Positions 48,632 to 59,052 of a DNA stretch of 64,000 bases are shown piece after piece. The first letter of the stretch is position 1. Every line of letters begins with the position of its first letter. Where the stretch lies: the NCBI GenBank assembly GCA_964536865.1, contig CAZHYN010000002.1:64608-128607 (forward strand), in the 5' to 3' direction. The notes beneath the pieces are model-generated. The model did no database searches. It was given only the letters and a program-made list of their open reading frames with translations, and had not been told where the DNA came from. The stretch is from an uncultured Planctomycetia bacterium (GTDB taxonomy: Bacteria; Omnitrophota; Gorgyraeia; Duberdicusellales; 4484-171). The position numbers and the translations under genes are program-made.

Positions 48632-50250
48632 CTACCTTCAAACTTAAATTTCTTCATTAACTCTTCCACTGACTTCGCTAGTTCACTTAGCTGCTGTGCT
48701 GAACTGACCATCTCTTCCATAGAGGTAGTCTGCTCCTGGATAGAAGCACTAGCTTCTTCTACTCCTGCAGATGTCCCTTCAATGATAGAGGCTACCTCCT
48801 CTACTGCCTTTACTCCTTCTTCAGTTCGAGCAAGCTGCTCAGATATGACTTTTACTATCTGCTGAGCCATAGTATTGGCTTCATTTACCGAAGAAATCAC
48901 TTCCTTTAAAGTATTTCTTACCTCTATTACTACGTTTCTTCCTTCAGTTACTTCTTTGGAACCAATCTCTATAGAAGAAATCGCTTTACCTATATCTTCC
49001 TGAATACTCTTTATCAAACCACCAATACGGCTAGCAGCTTGAGCAGAATTTTCTGCTAACTTTCTTATCTCATCAGCAACTACACCAAAACCTCTTCCTG
49101 CTTCTCCAGCACGTGCTGCTTCAATGGCAGCATTCAAGGATAAAAGATTAGTTTGGTCAGCAATATTAGTAATGGTAACAGTGATCTCTCCAATCTGTTG
49201 AGACCTTTCCTCTAAGATACGCATAACCTCCACGTTTTTATTTACCGTATCAAATACTCTATCCATTTTTTCTGATAAAGTGGGAATTTTCTCTCCACTT
49301 AAATTTACTTGAGAAGCTGCAGAAGCAGAAACATCAGCGGTGTTTTTTGCCTTATCACCAACTTCTCTTAAGGATACATTAACCTCTCCCATAATCCTAG
49401 ATACATTTTCCACCTTAACTGTCTGGTCAGTAACGCCCTTGGAGAGTTGAGCCATGGCAGCACTTATCTGCTGTATAACTTCACTCATCTGATGAGTTAT
49501 ATCTACAAACTGATGAGACGTCTCACTAATCTTTCTCCCCACTCTGCTGATTTCTAAAAGCGTGCCTTTCCAGAAAGAAACTATCTTATTTAGAATGTTA
49601 TTCAGTTTCCCTACTTTCTCTATACTTTTCTCTATTTCCTTAGGAAATCTTCCCTCTGCTATCTCTTCAAAGATAGAAACGAAACGATCAATAGGATGAA
49701 AAAGACGAGCAGAGAGGAATTTTACTAAAAAGAAAACTAACACCACTCCTGCCAAGAGAGGAATCACAATAGTAGTTGCTACCTTAGAAACTGCTTTTGT
49801 TACTATCTTAGAATTTTTGACTAAGGAGAGGAATCCCAATAGCTTACCTTCTTCGTCCTTTATAGGATGAAGAACACCAATCACTCTGTAGCCTAAGAGT
49901 TTCTCTATCCTCTCCTTATCTAGTTTGTTAATATCTATACTCTTATCTAACAATTTTGGGCTGCTACTAATTTCCACTCTTCCTTTCCTATCAGTAACAG
50001 CAACTACAAAATTCTGTAAAGTTTTGCTAAAAACTTTCAGGCTATCCTCTATTCCAGACTTACCCTCCTTAACCCACCTATTACTTACCGCAGCCTCTAA
50101 AACTTTTGCTAAATTCTTTAAAGCTTCTCCTTCTCGACTATAAATAACACTCTTTTGGTAGAAAAAACTAACTACACCCATAATAAAGAAAAATATGCAC
50201 AGAACAGTGGTAATCCAAATAGTAATTTTATCCTTCAAAAATTTTGGCAC
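48628..50250 (-). CDS. Methyl-accepting chemotaxis protein (membrane-anchored)
   Basis: TM helix; conserved signalling hairpin [33 protein letters not shown]. Confidence 0.85.
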   Translation of the reverse strand: MPKFLKDKITIWITTVLCIFFFIMGVVSFFYQKSVIYSREGEALKNLAKVLEAAVSNRWVKEGKSGIEDSLKVFSKTLQNFVVAVTDRKGRVEISSSPKLLDKSIDINKLDKERIEKLLGYRVIGVLHPIKDEEGKLLGFLSLVKNSKIVTKAVSKVATTIVIPLLAGVVLVFFLVKFLSARLFHPIDRFVSIFEEIAEGRFPKEIEKSIEKVGKLNNILNKIVSFWKGTLLEISRVGRKISETSHQFVDITHQMSEVIQQISAAMAQLSKGVTDQTVKVENVSRIMGEVNVSLREVGDKAKNTADVSASAASQVNLSGEKIPTLSEKMDRVFDTVNKNVEVMRILEERSQQIGEITVTITNIADQTNLLSLNAAIEAARAGEAGRGFGVVADEIRKLAENSAQAASRIGGLIKSIQEDIGKAISSIEIGSKEVTEGRNVVIEVRNTLKEVISSVNEANTMAQQIVKVISEQLARTEEGVKAVEEVASIIEGTSAGVEEASASIQEQTTSMEEMVSSAQQLSELAKSVEELMKKFKFEGS

Positions 50251-50385
50251 CCCGCCCTCCTTGTTAACAACTTTTCTCGTTCATCAAAATTATATTTAAA
50301 AAAAGACGCACTCCCCCCTTTAAGGCAAAGTTTCAGGATAACACTTCCTTATCCAGAAAATTAGGCTTCTAAATTAACTAGGAAA

Positions 50386-50679
50386 TTAAGCTTCTAAAGG
50401 TAGTGTACTTACTTTCTCAAATTCAACTGCTACTTCCCACATCCCTTCCTTTTCCATCACTCTACTAACTTTACCTCTAACAAAGAAAGAACCTATAGTG
50501 GGAAGAATTTTGAACTCTCCGTAGATAATCGAACCTATCTCCACAGGGCGAGAAAGGTTAATCTTCATTCCTCCTGCGCTAATATCAACGACCTTCCCTT
50601 CTTCTCTTACCCCCGCACAGGAAATAACTGCCTTCTCCTCCTCTACGTACCAACGATTAAATTTGCGTCTCTCTTCCAT
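50386..50679 (-). CDS. PilZ-domain c-di-GMP receptor
   Basis: RRKFNR (RxxxR) and DISAGGMKI (DxSxxG) motifs. Confidence 0.75.
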   Translation of the reverse strand: MEERRKFNRWYVEEEKAVISCAGVREEGKVVDISAGGMKINLSRPVEIGSIIYGEFKILPTIGSFFVRGKVSRVMEKEGMWEVAVEFEKVSTLPLEA

Positions 50680-50695
50680 CTTTTATCCCTCCTTT

Positions 50696-51319
50696 CTATT
50701 CACCTTCTTTAACTCCTAAAGCCTTAAATAATTTCCTTAAAGATTCTAAATCAGGAAAAAATAAAAGGCAACCCCCAAAATCCATATCTCTTACTTTTAA
50801 TTCTGTTCTTATAAAAATGGCTTCATCGCTATGCTGAGCTATATGGATGAAAAAAAAGTCCATTATTGCTCCCACCATATCCATAGCTAATGAGGGGGTA
50901 GTATACATTATAGTAAAACCAGTCATATCAGAAAGAACATTCATATAAGCTCCTACTAAAATGTTAACCATTTCTCTCAAAGAGGAAAGGAACATGCCAT
51001 CGTTAAGGTCTACTTCCTCAGGAGGTTTCCCTAACAGAGTGCTCCCTAGGATCTTACCCTCTTGAGGTGCTAAAAGAAAGAATACCCTACCAGAGATTTC
51101 TCCCTCTACCCCAATATCTAAAACAAAATATAAATCTTCCGGATTACCCAAAACTTTATGGAGAGACTCTAAAGGTACTAATTTTGTCTCAGGGAGAGTA
51201 ATCTCTACTTTGCAATTAAGAAGCTCAGCTAAAGCAGTAGCGGATCTACCTGCTCCGATAGTCCCTACTTCTTTAAGAACATCTAACTGGTTCGAAGAAA
51301 TTTTTTTAGTTTCATCCAT
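50696..51319 (-). CDS. cheC: CheC-family phosphatase
   Basis: LDVLKEVGTIGAGRSATALAELL CheC consensus. Confidence 0.75.
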   Translation of the reverse strand: MDETKKISSNQLDVLKEVGTIGAGRSATALAELLNCKVEITLPETKLVPLESLHKVLGNPEDLYFVLDIGVEGEISGRVFFLLAPQEGKILGSTLLGKPPEEVDLNDGMFLSSLREMVNILVGAYMNVLSDMTGFTIMYTTPSLAMDMVGAIMDFFFIHIAQHSDEAIFIRTELKVRDMDFGGCLLFFPDLESLRKLFKALGVKEGE

Positions 51320-52346
51320 CTTTCAAATATTCTAAAATTTTGTCAGGTATTTTACTTACAGGTAAAATTTCATCAGCCAATTTTGCCTCTATTACTGCCC
51401 TAGGCATCCCATAAACCACACAACTTGCCTCATCCTGAGCAATTATCCTACCTCCTTTTTCTTTCACCTTCCTTGCTCCTTCTAACCCATCTTTACCCAT
51501 TCCAGTAAGAATTACCACTACTATCTCACCATCAAATACTTCCGCCAAAGAAGTTAAAGTCACGTCTATCGCTGGTCTTACATAGTTTACCAATGCTGTC
51601 TCATCTAATCTTATGCAATAACCCTCTAGGGCCTTTTCTATCATCATATGATATCCTGAGGGAGCTACAAATCCTGCTCCTTTTATAAGAAAATCCCCAT
51701 CTTCGGCTTCCTTTATCTTGATATTTGAATACCACGAAAGTCTCTCAGCAAAACTTCTGGTAAATCCTGGGGGCATATGTTGAATAATCAGAAAAGTATA
51801 ATCACAGTAGGAAGGAAATGTTTGCATTAAATCTAGTATGGCTTTAGGGCCACCAGTAGAAGCGCCTATTGCCACTATCTTTTTTACTGCTAGTTTCTCT
51901 TTATCAACGACTTTCTCTACCGTTAGAGAAAGAAACTTATTTAAATCTACCCTAGCAGTTAACTTAATCTTGGAGATTATTTCCTCTCTAAAATTATATA
52001 AATCTAAGGATACTTCCCCGCTAGGTTTAGGAATGAAGTCCAATGCTCCAAGTTCTAACGCTTTCATAGTAACTTTTGCCCCTCTCTGGGTATAGGCGGA
52101 GAGCATAACTACTCGTGTAGGGAAATTATGCATAAGTTCTTCTAGTACTTTCAACCCACTTATATCAGGAAGATTTACATCCAAGGTCACTACATCGGGC
52201 TTCAGCTCTGGAATCCTTTGGAGAGCCTCTCTTCCCAACTTAGTAGATCCTACCACTTCTATTTGAGGCTCACTGGATAAAATATCTCCTATTACTTTCT
52301 GCATTAAAATTGAATCTTCTACAATAAAGACTCTTACTTTTCTCAT
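51312..52346 (-). CDS. cheB: Chemotaxis methylesterase CheB (receiver + methylesterase)
   Basis: N-terminal receiver; GASTGGPKAI methylesterase motif. Confidence 0.9.
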   Translation of the reverse strand: MRKVRVFIVEDSILMQKVIGDILSSEPQIEVVGSTKLGREALQRIPELKPDVVTLDVNLPDISGLKVLEELMHNFPTRVVMLSAYTQRGAKVTMKALELGALDFIPKPSGEVSLDLYNFREEIISKIKLTARVDLNKFLSLTVEKVVDKEKLAVKKIVAIGASTGGPKAILDLMQTFPSYCDYTFLIIQHMPPGFTRSFAERLSWYSNIKIKEAEDGDFLIKGAGFVAPSGYHMMIEKALEGYCIRLDETALVNYVRPAIDVTLTSLAEVFDGEIVVVILTGMGKDGLEGARKVKEKGGRIIAQDEASCVVYGMPRAVIEAKLADEILPVSKIPDKILEYLKDG

Positions 52347-52840
52347 ACTTCTTTTTCTCCCTGAAACATCGTCTTTATTCTAACTTTGCCTGTATCTAAA
52401 TCAAAGAAAATAGTTCTTCCGTAGCTACCCCCAGTATCCTCTCCTACAATTTTGATCCCATGAGAAGCCAAAATCTCTCTTGCCTTATCGATATTTTTAC
52501 CTCCTACATTAAAAGGGCTATCTAAAGGAATAGAACTAAACATATGAGCTCCACCGAAAAGTTTTGCTACCAGTTGATGAGGTTGAACCCCCCGCTTCTT
52601 TAACTCATCAATCATAATGCCCACGGCAGAATCTACATACTTAGCAGGGTTAAACTTAGCTTTCGCATCAGCGATAGAAGGCAACATAGCATGAGCTAAA
52701 GCTCCTATCTTTTTTCTAGGTTCATAGACAGCGATACCAATACAAGATCCTAACCCCCGAGTGACGAGTACATCTGGAAAGCTTCCTACTCTTACCTCTG
52801 CCATACCTACTTCTATAAGATTACCTTTCCTTGCCTCCAT
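52343..52840 (-). CDS. cheD: Chemoreceptor glutamine deamidase CheD
   Basis: LGSCIGIAVYEP active-site Cys region. Confidence 0.85.
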   Translation of the reverse strand: MEARKGNLIEVGMAEVRVGSFPDVLVTRGLGSCIGIAVYEPRKKIGALAHAMLPSIADAKAKFNPAKYVDSAVGIMIDELKKRGVQPHQLVAKLFGGAHMFSSIPLDSPFNVGGKNIDKAREILASHGIKIVGEDTGGSYGRTIFFDLDTGKVRIKTMFQGEKEV

Positions 52841-52855
52841 GTTGAGAGATTTCTC

Positions 52856-53230
52856 CTATTCTCCTAACACTCTCCTTATAGCTTCTACAACACGAGATGG
52901 CTGAAATGGTTTTACGATAAAGTCCTTAGCTCCTGCCTGAATTGCTTCTACTACTAAAGCGTGCTGGCCCATAGCAGAAACCATTACAATTTTAGCATTA
53001 GGATCAATCCGCATAATCTCCTTTACCGCTCCAATCCCATCGATCTCTTCCATCTTAGGCATAACAATATCCATTGTAACTAAATCTGGCTTTAACTCCT
53101 TATACTTCTCAATCGCCTCTTTACCATTCTCTGCTTCGCCACAAATTTCAAAACCTTCTTTCTTTAAGATGTCTCCTAGCATCCTACGCATGAAGAGAGC
53201 ATCATCAACTATTAAGATTTTTGTCGGCAT
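52856..53230 (-). CDS. cheY: Chemotaxis response regulator CheY
   Basis: ILIVDDALFMRR...DIVMP...KPF single receiver. Confidence 0.85.
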   Translation of the reverse strand: MPTKILIVDDALFMRRMLGDILKKEGFEICGEAENGKEAIEKYKELKPDLVTMDIVMPKMEEIDGIGAVKEIMRIDPNAKIVMVSAMGQHALVVEAIQAGAKDFIVKPFQPSRVVEAIRRVLGE

Positions 53231-53259
53231 ACTAACCTCCTTTTTAACCTCGCCCTTTT

Positions 53260-54105
53260 CTATATCTTAACAAATATTTTATCAAGTAGACTTACAGGTT
53301 TAAAATAATTCCTTAGAGAAACACCTACACTCTCTACTTTCCCGAGAACTAAGTATCCTCCCTCCTTTAAGGACTTATGTACCTCTAAGAGAATTCTCTC
53401 GCTTTCCTCTAAACTAAAATATATTCTTACATTTCTAAAAAAGACCACATCTATAAACTTTAAGGGTGGGTCAAATAGTAAGTTGTGTTTTCTAAAAGTA
53501 ACCACTTCCTTTAAAGTATCTTTAACTTGATAAAGCCCTTTGCCTAAGGGAGTAAAATACTTATTTAAAATTAGAGGATCTACATTCCTCAAAGATCTCT
53601 CTGAGTAAATACCTTCCCTGGCTTTCTTTAAAGCTTGCTCATCAATATCGGTACCGTATATTTTTAAAACAAACTTATCGTTTATATTTATATTTTTTAA
53701 CTTCTCCAAAAAAATAATTGCTAAAGAATAGGGCTCCTCCCCACAAGAACACCCAGATGACCAACACCGTATCGTTTTCTCTCTTTGCTCTCTTTTCCTC
53801 TCTATTAGAGAGGGGATACAGATATCTCTAAACGTAGCAAAGACTTCGGGATCACGGAAAAGTTCAGAAACATTTATACTGAGGTTATCAAAAAAAATAT
53901 CCCATTCTTGAGGTTGTTTTTTTAATATCTGAATATAACCCAATAAATTATCCAAACCTAAATGGCTAAGTCTTAGCTTCAGTCTGCGGGTAAGAAAGCT
54001 TTTTCTATAGGAGGTTAAGTCTATTCCTCGATGTTTCCTTACAAAATTAAAGAAAAGGTCAATCTCATGGGAAGAAAAAAAATCTTTCTTTTCCACTTCC
54101 ACCAT
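53260..54105 (-). CDS. cheR: Chemotaxis methyltransferase CheR
   Basis: CheR all-alpha N-domain plus SAM-MTase domain (IRCWSSGCSCGEEPYSLAI). Confidence 0.85.
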   Translation of the reverse strand: MVEVEKKDFFSSHEIDLFFNFVRKHRGIDLTSYRKSFLTRRLKLRLSHLGLDNLLGYIQILKKQPQEWDIFFDNLSINVSELFRDPEVFATFRDICIPSLIERKREQREKTIRCWSSGCSCGEEPYSLAIIFLEKLKNININDKFVLKIYGTDIDEQALKKAREGIYSERSLRNVDPLILNKYFTPLGKGLYQVKDTLKEVVTFRKHNLLFDPPLKFIDVVFFRNVRIYFSLEESERILLEVHKSLKEGGYLVLGKVESVGVSLRNYFKPVSLLDKIFVKI

Positions 54106-54109
54106 GCTT

Positions 54110-54373
54110 TTAATGTTGGGGAGCCTTTTTAACCTTCTCTATTGCCTTGGTGAGCTCTTTAACTACATCAGCTCTAAGCTGAAGTTCAAGTTCAGCTATT
54201 TTAGTGTATACTCTCCCTTTATCGGTAACCACATATTTAGAGGGGAGATTATTTAAAGCTAAAGCCATTATATCCAATGTACACTTTTCACATTTGCATA
54301 CATCGTTTCTTCTGGAAAGTAAATTTTCCAAAGTATTTTTCACTATATCCTCCATGTAATTATGGCATTCCAT
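54110..54373 (-). CDS. ComFB-family small protein (4-Cys)
   Basis: NYMEDIVKNTLENLL...VCKCEKCTLDIMALALNNLPSKYVV matches the ComFB family signature. Confidence 0.7.
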   Translation of the reverse strand: MECHNYMEDIVKNTLENLLSRRNDVCKCEKCTLDIMALALNNLPSKYVVTDKGRVYTKIAELELQLRADVVKELTKAIEKVKKAPQH

Positions 54374-54450
54374 TATCCACCTCCTTAGAAAATAGTAGTA
54401 TAAAATTAATTATTTTATACGTCAATAGAAAAATCATTTTTAACTATAAA

Positions 54451-56370
54451 TTACTTTATATTAACTACATCCAAGATTAAAGCTATCCGACCGTCACCTA
54501 AGATAGTTCCTCCTGCAATCCCTCTTATTCTTTTAACGAAGGAACCCAAAGGTTTTACTACAATATCCTGCTCACCTATCACTTTATCTACAACCAGACC
54601 CATACTTTTTGTTCTACCTTCTACTATCACTACCGAGATTTCTTCCTTCTCGTAAGTAGCTAATGTCTTCATCCCTAACTCCTTATCTAACCTAAGAATA
54701 GGAACAATCTCTTCTCTTACACGCATCACTTCTATATCTTTTATTCTTTTTAGCTCCGCTTCTTTTACCTTTACTGTCTCTCGGATGTTCATAAGAGGAA
54801 TAGCATAAATCTGTTCTCCAATAACGACTAACATAGCTTTTATAATAGCTAAAGTTAAAGGTAAAGTAAGAATAAATTTTGTTCCCTTCCCTCGCTGCGT
54901 CTCCAAATCCAATCTTCCTCCCAGAGCATCTAACTTGTTACGTACTACATCTAATCCCACTCCTCGGCCTGATACATCAGTCACTTTCTCACTGGTAGAG
55001 AAACCAGGCATAGTAAGGATATCTAAAATTTGACGATAGTCATTTTTGGAAACCTCTTGAGGAGAAATTAGTCCTTTTTCTGCTGCAGCAGCTACCACCT
55101 TATCTATATCTATCCCCCTCCCATCGTCACTAATCTCTATTATAATATGACCCTTCTCTCGGGATACTTTGATAAGTATCTTACCACGGGGGGGTTTACC
55201 TATTTTCCTTCTCTCTTGAGGAGTCTCTATTCCATGGTCTATAGCATTTCTAATAAGGTGTACTAAAGGATCACCTATCTCATCTAAAACTACCCTGTCT
55301 AACTCTATCTCACTGCCCACTATGTCTAAATCTACCTCCTTACCTTCTTTCCGAGATAGATCTCTTACAATCCGAGGGAAATTATCCAGGATATAAGAAA
55401 CAGGTAAGAGCCTCATCTTCAATGCCTCATCCTGAAGAGAAGAGACCAATCTTTCGATAAGATAAGTGGTCTCTTCTAAAGCTGTATAATCCTTGCTTAT
55501 TACAGTCTGAGTAAGTCTACTTTTAGTAATAGCTAACTCCCCCATCAGATTCATAATCTTATCTAATCGCTCTACCGGTATCCGCATACTCTGAATCTTC
55601 TTAATATAAGGGGTAGTTTTTCCTTTTTTTCTTTCTACTTTCTCAGCAGAAGAAGTGAATTTAGAAACTCTAATCTCCTTAACTTCTAAAATCTTAGAAA
55701 CTTCTTCTTTGATTTTTTCTGGCGGTTCCTTAGTAGCCAAAAAGAAATGAAATGAATTTCCAAATGTACCGGCTTTCAACTTATCCTCAGAAGGGATAAC
55801 CTGGATTATTTGACCTAACATTCTCACTCTCTTAAGAATAAGAAAGGCCCTTGCCCCTTTAAGAAGACAGTCATCTTGCAGGGTTACTTCCACTTTTAAG
55901 AGTTCCTTATTCTCCTTCCTTAACTTTTTAATATACTCCTCATCTATGTGTGTTGGATATTCCTGAAGAACTTGAGGATATTCTTTTCTCTCTTCTTTAG
56001 AGACTAAACTACTTAACCTTACTAAATAGGAAGGAATATCTACAGATATAGGTTTCTCTTCTCTTAACTCCTCTACAACAGTAGTAAAGGCATCGATACT
56101 CTCAAAAACAACATCCATTATCTCAGGCGTCAGTGTTGATTTACCAGACCGGAAATTATCAAAAGTGTCCTCTAAATGATGAGCAAACTCTGCCAACTCT
56201 TTATATCCCATAGTTGCTGCCATCCCTTTAAGGGTATGCATATGTCGGAATATCTCATTTATGGATTGTTCATCATGAGGATTCTTTTCTAAATTAACTA
56301 AAGCTTTATTTATCTCCTTCAGATACTCTTGGGACTCACTGAAGAATAGCTCACGATAATTCTTTTCCAT
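54451..56370 (-). CDS. cheA: Chemotaxis histidine kinase CheA (Hpt, dimerisation, kinase, C-terminal CheW-like P5)
   Basis: HTLKGMAATMG Hpt His; HATPase G-boxes; C-terminal CheW-like domain. Confidence 0.9.
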   Translation of the reverse strand: MEKNYRELFFSESQEYLKEINKALVNLEKNPHDEQSINEIFRHMHTLKGMAATMGYKELAEFAHHLEDTFDNFRSGKSTLTPEIMDVVFESIDAFTTVVEELREEKPISVDIPSYLVRLSSLVSKEERKEYPQVLQEYPTHIDEEYIKKLRKENKELLKVEVTLQDDCLLKGARAFLILKRVRMLGQIIQVIPSEDKLKAGTFGNSFHFFLATKEPPEKIKEEVSKILEVKEIRVSKFTSSAEKVERKKGKTTPYIKKIQSMRIPVERLDKIMNLMGELAITKSRLTQTVISKDYTALEETTYLIERLVSSLQDEALKMRLLPVSYILDNFPRIVRDLSRKEGKEVDLDIVGSEIELDRVVLDEIGDPLVHLIRNAIDHGIETPQERRKIGKPPRGKILIKVSREKGHIIIEISDDGRGIDIDKVVAAAAEKGLISPQEVSKNDYRQILDILTMPGFSTSEKVTDVSGRGVGLDVVRNKLDALGGRLDLETQRGKGTKFILTLPLTLAIIKAMLVVIGEQIYAIPLMNIRETVKVKEAELKRIKDIEVMRVREEIVPILRLDKELGMKTLATYEKEEISVVIVEGRTKSMGLVVDKVIGEQDIVVKPLGSFVKRIRGIAGGTILGDGRIALILDVVNIK

Positions 56371-56376
56371 AATGAT

Positions 56377-56982
56377 TTAAATTTCGGTAGCTTTAAGAAG
56401 AATCTCCAAGCCCTTAGGATTGGGTAGGAGAAAAAAATGTCCGGTAACTTTTGTTGTGGCTTCACTAAACTCTGATTTTATAAGTAAAGCGTAAGGAGAA
56501 ATATTACTCAATTCTATAAGAATGTAATCTACCATTGCTCCTGCCATATCCTCAATAACTTCAGGGACGGTGGGAACAAGTCCCCACTTTACAAACACGG
56601 AGAGTGCTCCCAGATAAGCGTTGGCTAGAATCACTCCTATTTCTTTAAGAGCTGAACGTTCCATATCAGTTATTACTCCTCCGTTAGATGACTTTCTATT
56701 AGTTAACAGAGAAGCTAATCCTAACGCATCTTTATGGGAAAAGATAAGAAGAATCACACTGGGAAAGTCACCTAGAATTCTTACAATTAACCCTACAACT
56801 AATTTCTCTTCTCCTACAATTTGAGGAACTTTCTCCACAGGAAGAAAATAAATTTCGGGGACATTTATTTCTATTTTCTTATTGGTAAGTTGAGATAGAG
56901 CAGTAGCAGCGTTACCTGCACAGATATTCCCAATTTCTCTTAGAGCATCTTTTTGAAACTCATCGAACTTTATCTCTTCCAT
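56377..56982 (-). CDS. CheC/CheX-like phosphatase
   Basis: ALREIGNICAGNAATALSQL CheC consensus. Confidence 0.7.
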   Translation of the reverse strand: MEEIKFDEFQKDALREIGNICAGNAATALSQLTNKKIEINVPEIYFLPVEKVPQIVGEEKLVVGLIVRILGDFPSVILLIFSHKDALGLASLLTNRKSSNGGVITDMERSALKEIGVILANAYLGALSVFVKWGLVPTVPEVIEDMAGAMVDYILIELSNISPYALLIKSEFSEATTKVTGHFFLLPNPKGLEILLKATEI

Positions 56983-57372
56983 CTACTTATTTTCCGAAGA
57001 GATGGCTTTCTTTATTACCTCCAAGAGCTTCTCTGCAGTAAAGGGTTTAATCACGAAGTCCTTAGCCCCATAAGCTAAAGCCTCCTGAACCAATCTCCTA
57101 TCCCCCAAAGCGGAAATAACCACAATTTTTGCCTCAGGATCAAAGGATATAATTTCCCTTACTGCACTAATCCCATCCATTTCTTCCATCATAGGCATTA
57201 CAATATCCAAAGTAACTAAATCTGGATTGAGCTCCTTATACTTCTGCACTCCCTCTAAGGCGTTGGATGCTTCTCCACAGATCTCAAAACCTGCCTTTAC
57301 TAGAATATCCCTTATAAGATTTCTCATGAATAAAGCATCATCAACTATTAATACACGTTTCCTCTCCATCAT
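56983..57372 (-). CDS. CheY-like response regulator (second copy)
   Basis: VLIVDDALFMRN...DIVMP...KPF. Confidence 0.8.
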   Translation of the reverse strand: MMERKRVLIVDDALFMRNLIRDILVKAGFEICGEASNALEGVQKYKELNPDLVTLDIVMPMMEEMDGISAVREIISFDPEAKIVVISALGDRRLVQEALAYGAKDFVIKPFTAEKLLEVIKKAISSENK

Positions 57373-57414
57373 TACTTATTATACCTTCTTCTTAAAAATC
57401 CACAATAAAAAACT

Positions 57415-58575
57415 TTACTTAGTATACTTTTTTATAAGACTCAGAGCAATTATATTCTTCTGAATCTGATTGGTCCCTTCATATATCTGAGTAATCTTAG
57501 CATCGCGCATGAATTTCTCTATTCCATACTCACGCATATACCCGTAACCTCCAAAAATCTGCACAGCTTCAGTAGTAACTTCCATAGCAACATCGGAAGC
57601 AAAAAGCTTTGCACAAGCAGAGGCTGCTCCAATATCCTTCTTACCTCTATCTACCATAGAGGCAACAGCGTAAACTAAGCTTCTTGCTGCTTCTATTTTC
57701 GTAGCCATATCTGCTAGCATCCATTGAATTCCCTGAAAAGAAGTGATAACCTTACCAAACTGGACTCTTTTGTGGGCGTACTCTACGGCTAACTCTAACG
57801 ACCCTTGAGCAATACCTACCGCTTGAGCAGCTACCCCTGGTCGAGATTGCTCAAATGTCTTCATAGTAACAATGAATCCTGTGCCCTCTTTCCCTCCTAA
57901 AAGGTTCTCTGCAGGAACTTTTGCTTCGTTAAAGATAAGCTCCCTGGTAGAAGAAGCTCTTATTCCCATCTTTTCTTCTTTCTTACCAAATTCAAAACCC
58001 CCAGCTCCTTTCTCTATAATAAAAGCAGACATTCCTCTCGGTCCTCTCTTTTTGTCAGTAACAGCAATCACGGTATAGATATCTGCTTCTCCTCCATTAG
58101 TAATAAAATGTTTAGTGCCATTAAGAATATAAGAATCACCTTCTTTCCTTGCAGTAGTCTTTACTGCTGCAGCGTCAGAGCCTGCTTCTGGCTCAGTAAG
58201 ACAAAAAGCAGCTAATTTTTCTCCCGAAGCAATACTAGGCAGATACCTTTTTTTCTGCTCTTCGGTACCAAACAAAAGGATAGGAAACATACCTAAGAAA
58301 GAGGCAGCATAAGAAGCAGCAATTCCTCCGTCTATACGAGAAATTTCTTCAGTAGCGATACACAACTCAAGTAATCCTCCCCCCATTCCTCCATACTCTT
58401 GGGGAATACATATCCTAAAAAGATCAGACTGAGCTAAAACTTCCATAATAAAACGAGGGAATTCTTCCTTCTCATCAAACTCTCTCGATACTGGCTTAAT
58501 CTTCGTTTCAGCAACTTGCCGACACAAATCTTTAAGCATTAACTGTTCTTCAGTTAACTGATACTCCACAAACAT
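57415..58575 (-). CDS. Acyl-CoA dehydrogenase
   Basis: ACAD three-domain similarity; C-terminal QIFGGYGYMREYGIEKFMRDAKITQIYEGTNQIQ. Confidence 0.85.
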   Translation of the reverse strand: MFVEYQLTEEQLMLKDLCRQVAETKIKPVSREFDEKEEFPRFIMEVLAQSDLFRICIPQEYGGMGGGLLELCIATEEISRIDGGIAASYAASFLGMFPILLFGTEEQKKRYLPSIASGEKLAAFCLTEPEAGSDAAAVKTTARKEGDSYILNGTKHFITNGGEADIYTVIAVTDKKRGPRGMSAFIIEKGAGGFEFGKKEEKMGIRASSTRELIFNEAKVPAENLLGGKEGTGFIVTMKTFEQSRPGVAAQAVGIAQGSLELAVEYAHKRVQFGKVITSFQGIQWMLADMATKIEAARSLVYAVASMVDRGKKDIGAASACAKLFASDVAMEVTTEAVQIFGGYGYMREYGIEKFMRDAKITQIYEGTNQIQKNIIALSLIKKYTK

Positions 58576-58589
58576 CTCCCGCCTCCTTC

Positions 58590-59048
58590 TTAGGAATTAA
58601 TCTTTAAAATAAACGCTTTCTCTTTACAATGAGGAAAATAAGGACAAGTTACACATTCACTCCAAATCTTATGAGGCAGTTTCTCTTTAGGTATCTTTTT
58701 AAAACCTAATCTTCTAAAAAACGCTCCTACAAAAGTTAAAGCAAAAACTCTCTTAACCCCTAAAGATTTAGCTTCTTCTATACATACGGAGACTAACTTC
58801 TTCCCTATACCTTTTCTTTGATATTCTTTAACCACTACCAAAGATTTAATCTCTGCTAAATCATCCCATCCCACAATATGAAGAGCACAGGCACCCACAA
58901 TTTTTCTTCTTTCTTGATAAACCCAAAAGTCTCTAATATGCTCATAGATATAGTTGAGAGAACGAGAAAGAACTTTTCCCTCTTTTGCCCAAAAGGCTAT
59001 AAGACGGTAAATTTTTTCTGCATCGGTAATTTTTGCTCTTCGAAGCAT
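58590..59048 (-). CDS. GNAT-family N-acetyltransferase
   Basis: QRKGIGKKLV acetyl-CoA binding motif. Confidence 0.7.
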   Translation of the reverse strand: MLRRAKITDAEKIYRLIAFWAKEGKVLSRSLNYIYEHIRDFWVYQERRKIVGACALHIVGWDDLAEIKSLVVVKEYQRKGIGKKLVSVCIEEAKSLGVKRVFALTFVGAFFRRLGFKKIPKEKLPHKIWSECVTCPYFPHCKEKAFILKINS

Positions 59049-59052
59049 ACCT

